Positions 57,984-64,000 of a DNA stretch of 64,000 nt are shown here, piece by piece. Position 1 is the stretch's first letter; the number at the start of each line of letters is the position of its first letter. Below the pieces are notes generated by a model that did not search any database, had not been told where the DNA came from, and was given only the letters and a program-made list of their open reading frames with translations. Both the position numbers and the translations under genes were made by a program. The stretch lies in contig JAQGDQ010000020.1 in the NCBI GenBank assembly GCA_030141605.1, positions 992,001 through 1,056,000 of the forward strand, in the 5' to 3' direction. Source of the stretch: Tubiluchus corallicola. Its lineage: Eukaryota; Animalia; Priapulida.

Positions 57984-60900
57984 CTCTCCCTCTCTCCCTC
58001 TCTCCCTCCCTAAATTCCTCCCTCCCTCCCATCTTTCTCTGTGTGTGTGTGTCTTCACAGTGTACCTCCACACAGCTTTAGTCTGTCTTCTCTGTCTGCT
58101 TCCTGGAGGTGCTCATGTTAACCTTGCACTAGTGATAGCATTAACACATGTTCGTAGAACATGTCCAATTAACTTTCTTCTTCCTCTCATCACTTTGCAC
58201 TCAGTACCATCATTCCTGCTCTATCTGGCAGCTCTTCTGTTCCACTGTGTCTCACCACTTGATTTTCCAAAAAAACCTCAGACATTTATTTTGGAACACA
58301 TGGCTTCTCTTACGCAAAAAATTCAAAGATTATTTCGGTTTAAAAAATAAAAATACATTTATAAAAAAATTGTTGGTATCAGAAAATGATCCCATCTTAC
58401 AATGACAGTTTGTATCTCGTGTTGCACAATTTTCATACTCCATAATAGTAGTAGTGGCAGTAATAGTAGTAGTAGTAGTAATAATTTTAATAAGTAATGC
58501 GCAAAATTTGTTTTGCTTGCAAGCAATGATATGTTATTGTATCCATATTACAGTGGCACGGAAGCTGATCGTCTACGGTCTGAAGGAACCAGACTCTTTA
58601 CCTAACGTAGTGCAATTCATTAGCAGCATCTTCAGTAGGTTAAAATCATTATTAGAAACAAGTAAGTATGTTCATTGAATTTTAGATGATATTGATAACG
58701 TTTCTCTATGATCGTTATTTTTGCCTGTGCTATTTGTTATTTAAAACTGATTTTTTTTTAGTAACTTTTGTTATTGTTGATTTTGTGAACTCATGTTCTC
58801 CATTGAAAAGTACCTATTTTCATAGACTGCAAATAAATAGTGATTTGATGAGAGTGAACAATAGCAGGATACATAAAACTATGATAAAAACGTTGTGCAG
58901 ATGTAGTAAAAACATTATTATCGAATAGCAGTGTCTATAGTTATCTGTATCTGAATTTAGTGAGAGTTAAATAAAAGAATGAAAATTAGCAAAATTTGTT
59001 GGCTACATTTGTCAGCATTTTTCTGTTCACAAGAACATGGAGTTCCAAAAACATGAGATTTTATGGTATAATGATGATAAAACATGGTATAATGATGATA
59101 GGCTGTCACTAAAGTGGACCTACTAAGAACTTTAAAACTGTTTGGAAAATGTAGTTCTGAATTTTGTATTTTCTTAGGGAAGCAGTTGCAAGGTGATTCG
59201 CACTGTAGAGAATTATGTGAGAAGCACCTAGGTTTCTTAATGAAATTGGTAGGTAAACCTTGTGCTTGCTGTTTAATGTCTTAATAAGAAAGAATAAACA
59301 AATGTCACATACTTTTGTAGTTTACATTATATTTAATGTTTTCTGTCTTCTTTTTGTTGTTAGTGTCTGCTAATTTATTATCACAATTCACTGTGTAATA
59401 TCGGCTAACATTTGCTATCTGAAATTATTGCAGATTAGTAGAAGCCAATCTTTAACTTTGTCTTTCTTAAATTTTTTGCTTCTTTGGTAATATATAAACA
59501 GTATGTCATATACCTAGAGCTTTGTTCGAAACTTATCTGATCTGTAAACAAGGAAATTAGCTGTTTTTGTTGAAATAAAGCAATATTTAGCCTGGTCAGT
59601 AATGGATGAGTGACAATTGGGTTTACTGTTTCTGGATAATTTCACCTGCTCTTTGTCTCAATAAGTAGGGATATGTAAAAGCATTGCAAAGTTCAGTGTT
59701 TCATGTTAGAGGATTAGCCACAGTAATCAGCTAGATTTCAGTCCCTCCACATCATCTAAATTAAGTGTTGATCAACTGCCAAACTCTATGAGAAAATGCC
59801 ATTTTGTCAGTTACTGAGCTGTAGTTAGTTTTAATTATATCTGTTTTTGTGCAGTTACTGGACATTCAGGAACAGCATCCATTCTCTTTCGTGTCGTTTA
59901 TTTATCCTTCGTTAGAATTCATCGTGACACATCTGTTCACAGAAGCAGGAGATGGTAAGAGTTAATTATCCATAAACGTAATTTCTGGAATGTAATTACT
60001 GATTAAATGAACCTCCACTTGTTGAATTTTGAAATAAAACATGCTCAAAATAATGAATTAAAAAAAAATTGGGCAGACTGGAATTGAACCACAGACCGGG
60101 AAAACTCTTACTTGCAAGGCGAATGTCAACACTGTGAGACTATCGTGCCCGGCCAGTGAGAACAAGTTTGGTTTCAAAGTTTTAAAATCCAACTTTTATG
60201 AGTTTATTGACACAATAAGAATTAAATTGAAATACCCAGCCATATGCTAATAATGTACCATTTCGATAACTCACATACAATAAGATAAGATAAGATAAGA
60301 TAAGATAAGATAAGATAAGATAAGATAAGATAAGATAAGATAAGATAAGATAAGATAAGATAAGATAAGATAAGATAAGATAAGATAAGATAAGATAAGA
60401 TAAGATAAGATAAGATAAGATAAGATAAGATAAGATAAGATAAGATAAGATAAGATAAGATAAGATAAGATAAGATAAGATAAGATGAACTTGTACACTA
60501 GTCACTATGTCACATACACATAAAATATTAGCACAACAAAATTATTTACAGAATAAAAATTTGGCAAAATACGTGTACAAGATTTAAAGACTTAAAATTA
60601 ATAGATGTTTTCTGTATGTAGCTGATTTATCCAATATTGATAAATTTTAGGTTAAAAGGTACAATCACTGTTAAAAAATTCATTTATGCAGCTGTTCTGG
60701 CTAGTAAAATCGCCACAAATCTTTGTAATTTGCGTTAACTTGACTGTAGTAATTTTTTTAATTTAATGCTAATTGATTTAACTCTGTGTCACACACAACG
60801 TTCATGGAAAACTAATATTTAACTAATGTTAATTAGTTAATTAATGAAAAAAATGTTGATTTATTGGATAGAAGCATGGAGTTTTGTTGAAAAGATTTAA

Positions 60901-63310
60901 CCTGTTTTTTTATTTTTAGTTATTAGGTTTTGTTATTTTTCAGGGTTGTTATTTGACAGGTTTATCATTCAAAATCTTAACTTGCTAAAATCCATCATTA
61001 CCTGTTCTGACTACAGACCATCCAAAAAGTTGGAAGGTAATCATAATTAAATTGTTGTTTATTTTTCAAGCTGCAGCAAGCCTTGAAATGTTCTATTGTG
61101 ATGATCAAAAGTCGTTAATAAGGTTTGAGGCTTTCTGAGAATTTAGGCCCATTAAGCTATGGTCTATAACCCTCCTCAGTAGCACCTCCACCTGCAAGCC
61201 TATAAACCTCCTCAGTAGCACCTCTACCTGCAAGCATATAACCCTCCTCAGTAGCACCTCCACCTGCAAGCCTATAACCCTCCTCAGTAGCACCTCTACC
61301 TGCAAGCCTATAACCCTCTTCAGTAGCACCTCTACCTGCAAGCCTATAACCCTGATCAGTAGCACCTCTACCTGCAAGCCTATAGTCCTCCTCAGTAGCA
61401 CCTCCACCTGCAAGCCTATAGCCCTCCTCGGTAGCACCTCCACCTGCAAGCCTATAACCCTCCTTGGTAGCACCTCCACCTGCAAGCCTATAACCCTCCT
61501 CGGTAGCACCTCCACCTGCAAGCCTATAACCCTCCTTGGTAGCACCTCCACCTGCAAGCCTATAGCCCTCCTCGGTAGCACCTCTACCTGCAAGCCTATA
61601 ACCCTCCTTGGTAGCACCTCCACCTGCAAGCCTATAGCCCTCCTTGGTAGCACCTCCACCTGCAAGCCTATAACCCTCCTCGGTAGCACCTCCACCTGCA
61701 AGCCTATAACCCTCCTCGGTAGCACCTCCACCTGCAAGCCTATAACTCTCCTCAGTTGCACCTCCACCTGCTAGCCTATAGTCCTCCTCCGTAGGACTCT
61801 CATTCGTAGGCCTAAACCTAAACATTAAGTACTGCTTATTTTTTCGATATCTAATCTTTAGTTAAAACAATCAAGTGTGAGAAACTCCAAAAATGAGCTT
61901 ATTTGTTTTTAAATAATAATTGTTCCTTTGTGGAATTTACCTGAAGAACACCTGAAATCTGTCAATAAACAAACATCATACTTAAACATGCTTAAAGTTG
62001 CTTGTCTTACTTTCAGTGAGTCTAAATTTATAGGCAGCGGCTTCTTTTCAAAATGCCAAAAATTCTGGCGTGTAAGTGATACTCGAAAGACTATTTTTCA
62101 AAAAGCTCTCAGAGAATCACTTGGTTTTTTTTAAACAGCTCAGTACTCTGCTCATCGTGGAACCTTGATGTCGATGGTAGTGGGACCGGTACTTATCTCA
62201 TTAGGAAGGATAATCCTAAATGCTCTAAGATGAAATTCTGAACTGTCTTGGCAATGTTTAAATCAGTAATTTTGTATACAAGACATTCTGCTTCAAGATG
62301 CTAAATAGGAGCATGGCAGATGAAACCACCCAGTAGCAGACTACCTGGTAGTCACCCACCTAGTTACTGAACAGGATGGGTTCGGTTTAGTTTGGGTTGC
62401 CTACTACACACTATGACCACTCAGCTGTAAAACCTCATATGAAATAATATATAGATCTATAATTATAATACACATTACATTTTATCGCATTTCTCGCAAA
62501 TGATGCTAAATCATTAATGTAAAGTTATCTGCTGTGTGGCAAACACGGAAAAAACATTTAATTATTCATGTTCTTAATGCAAAATTATTGTTAATGATTG
62601 AATGAACCCTCCTTTATCATTAAATTTTGAATGCAAACTTGTTTGCAAGAAAGGAAATGTAAATAAATCGGACAGTACCTGGAATTGAACCATGAACCTT
62701 TTACTCACAAGTGAGTAACCACTAGATGAGTCTATCTCAGTAATCATGACATGTCAAAATTCAATTTTTTATTGCTTACCAACCAATTCACCATTTCCAA
62801 ACGTTTATTTGCTCACATTAGAGCAGTTACTAACTAATTAGATTAAGCTTTTGTAATTAATTTTTAATCCTTGAATAATTAATTCATTATATTAATCTCA
62901 ACATTATCATTAATGCAGGAATAAACCCACAGTTTTGAAACCAAACATCCGAAAGAAAGGAAATTGAGACAAAGCTTGGATTTGAACCGGGCACTGTTCA
63001 TTAGAAGGCGGATGCTATAACCACTAGACTACTGCGCTTCATTGATAATGATAGATCATAATTTGGATTTTACAGTTTATCTTTCTTTCTAAGATTAGTC
63101 TTAGATTTCAAAAGCCTATGACTCTCACATTATTCTTCGTTTGATGAAATTTAGAGACCAAGAATGCTATGACCTTAAAGGCATACGAAATGAAAATGAG
63201 CTTCTTTAGCGCACAAACTCTGATGGAAATGTGCAAGAGGTTACTTTCCCGATACTTCCTCCTGACCGCAGAGGATCTCAGTGCATGGGAAACCGATCCT
63301 GAAGGCTTTG
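51648..63310 (+). CDS. IPO11: Importin-11 (RanBP11), 5' portion; gene continues beyond the window
   Basis: Phase-consistent exons 51648-51785, 53319-53419, 55121-55193, 56365-56568, 57494-57623, 58554-58661, 59178-59248, 59855-59954, 60944-61036, 63155-63310. Motifs LKPAEHQLKQWETEPGFYS, VRWLAVLYFKNGVDRYWRR, ARLDCPRQWP, YHVTKTLASKRLAAD, WETDPEGF match IPO11. Confidence 0.96.
53138..53305. repeat. Compound pentanucleotide array (ATTGT/ATTAC/GTTAG variants)
   Basis: 5-nt periodicity visible directly. Confidence 0.85.
53319..53419 (+). CDS. IPO11: IPO11 exon (NIFSNHIIDVNVRWLAVLYFKNGVDRYWRRSAP)
   Basis: ttttcag acceptor, gtgagt donor. Confidence 0.95.
55121..55193 (+). CDS. IPO11: IPO11 exon (AISEEEKTQLRTRLLSNFNEPYPQ)
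   Basis: tttccag acceptor, gtttga donor. Confidence 0.92.
56365..56568 (+). CDS. IPO11: IPO11 exon (VATQLAVLIGKVARLDCPRQWP...DKKLFQE)
   Basis: ctttag acceptor, gtagga donor. Confidence 0.95.
57494..57623 (+). CDS. IPO11: IPO11 exon (LTSEILGFVLHLWN...ALEQSTLSLK)
   Basis: gcacag acceptor, gtaaga donor. Confidence 0.9.
57913..58052. repeat. (CT)n microsatellite grading into CCCT and (GT)n
   Basis: Direct reading. Confidence 0.97.
58554..58661 (+). CDS. IPO11: IPO11 exon (VARKLIVYGLKEP...LLET)
   Basis: ttacag acceptor, gtaagt donor. Confidence 0.9.
59178..59248 (+). CDS. IPO11: IPO11 exon (RKQLQGDSHCRELCEKHLGFLMKL)
   Basis: ttcttag acceptor, gtaggt donor. Confidence 0.85.
59855..59954 (+). 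CDS. IPO11: IPO11 exon (LLDIQEQHPFSF...FTEAGD)
   Basis: gtgcag acceptor, gtaaga donor; QHPFSF motif. Confidence 0.92.
60281..60485. repeat. (TAAGA)n microsatellite, ~41 perfect units
   Basis: Direct reading. Confidence 0.98.
60944..61036 (+). CDS. IPO11: IPO11 exon (GLLFDRFIIQNLNLLKSII...YRPSKKLE)
   Basis: ttttcag acceptor, gtaatc donor. Confidence 0.92.
61163..61792. repeat. Minisatellite, 36-bp unit (CTATAACCCTCCTCAGTAGCACCTCCACCTGCAAGC), ~17.5 copies, in an IPO11 intron
   Basis: Direct reading. Confidence 0.96.
62970..63035 (-). mobile_element. tRNA-like relic (SINE head or tRNA pseudogene)
   Basis: Minus strand GTAGTCTAGTGGTTATAGCATCCGCC...GGTTCAAATCC has A- and B-box-like motifs but no intact acceptor stem. 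Confidence 0.5.
63155..63310 (+). CDS. IPO11: IPO11 exon (ETKNAMTLKAYEMK...WETDPEGF)
   Basis: tttag acceptor, gtacgt donor. Confidence 0.92.
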
Positions 63311-63390
63311 GTACGTTTGTCTTACATGACGAGAGGAGGCCTGGGTTTTATTCGTGAAGGTGTTTAATGAATATTCAAGTTTTTATCTAA

Positions 63391-63717
63391 TGGCATGTTC
63401 AGACTAGCTAGTTTTCTGCCGCAAGTTTTTTCGCGGACAACAAACTTTCTAGTGTGAACTGCTTTGCGAGTTACTGTCTGCAAGAAGTTGCAAACTCTTC
63501 AATAGTTGCAGTGAGTTAATTTATAGCTAGTTACTGTCTAGTGTGAATGTCTCAGCAAGTTACTCTAGACACCTCTCACAGTTAATAGAGGAGAAGCATC
63601 AGGTCACAGTTAATATCGGAGAGTAACTCGCAGAAAGTTTTGCTGTTTAGTCTGAACATGCTTGCGAGTTACTTGACGAGTAAGTTGGTGAGAAAAATCT
63701 CTATTCTGAACACGCCA
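63391..63717. mobile_element. MITE, PIF/Harbinger(Tourist)-like, copy 2
   Basis: GGCATGTTCAGACTAG ... CTATTCTGAACACGCC inverted termini; homologous to 6809-7201. Confidence 0.7.
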
Positions 63718-64000
63718 CACTTACTTCAATACTCCAATAGTGCATTATATGATATAGTGTTATTTCTTATACATTTTGCCACACTGCAAATCGGAATACA
63801 GCACTCAGTGGCAAGCCCTACTTGGGGCAGTTGTTTGTGGTGGGACTGAAACCTAACTAATTATCCTCTAAGATAAGACACTGAACCAGCAGAGGTGTTT
63901 TGTGTCTCCATAACGTTTGGCTGCAAGTACATGCTCCTCATTGAGGTAAACTGCCAGAATCAGTATTGAACCCGCTTGTTGGTTACCGATTTATTCACTG

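Noticed and set aside
59062-59160. C/D-box snoRNA-like words (ATGATGA ... CTGA) in an IPO11 intron
   Set aside because: No terminal stem, the D box is only 17 nt from the 3' splice site, and the C-box word is part of a ~21-bp local duplication.
60182-60505. ILSYL-repeat ORFs (also RE/SL ORFs at 57823-58073 and poly-D at 49282)
   Set aside because: Microsatellite translations.

Overview
AT-rich, intron-rich genomic DNA from an invertebrate animal. There is no prokaryotic gene structure, CRISPR array or rRNA. I assembled four spliced genes by hand. (1) The 3' part of a PPIP5K/VIP1 inositol pyrophosphate kinase-phosphatase gene (+, exons 612-29228), covering the phosphatase-like domain and a disordered tail built from symmetrical phase-1 exons. 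(2) An uncharacterised ~380-aa type I membrane protein gene (-, about 46.2 kb to 35877). (3) A small gene whose 123-aa product is only two intact PKC-type C1 domains (+, CDS 48023-48394); this is the most unusual feature. (4) The 5' part of importin-11 (IPO11; +, from 51648 to beyond the window end). Introns hold a young 5'-truncated RTE LINE with a 12-bp TSD, a decayed CR1 LINE interrupted by a TTAA-specific MITE, several other MITEs, SINE and tRNA-like relics, Penelope fragments, and mini- and microsatellites. Most short ORFs in the track are artefacts of repeats or introns. All exon boundaries come from manual reading of GT/AG sites and phase continuity, not from transcript data, and all homology calls are from recalled motifs without database searches.
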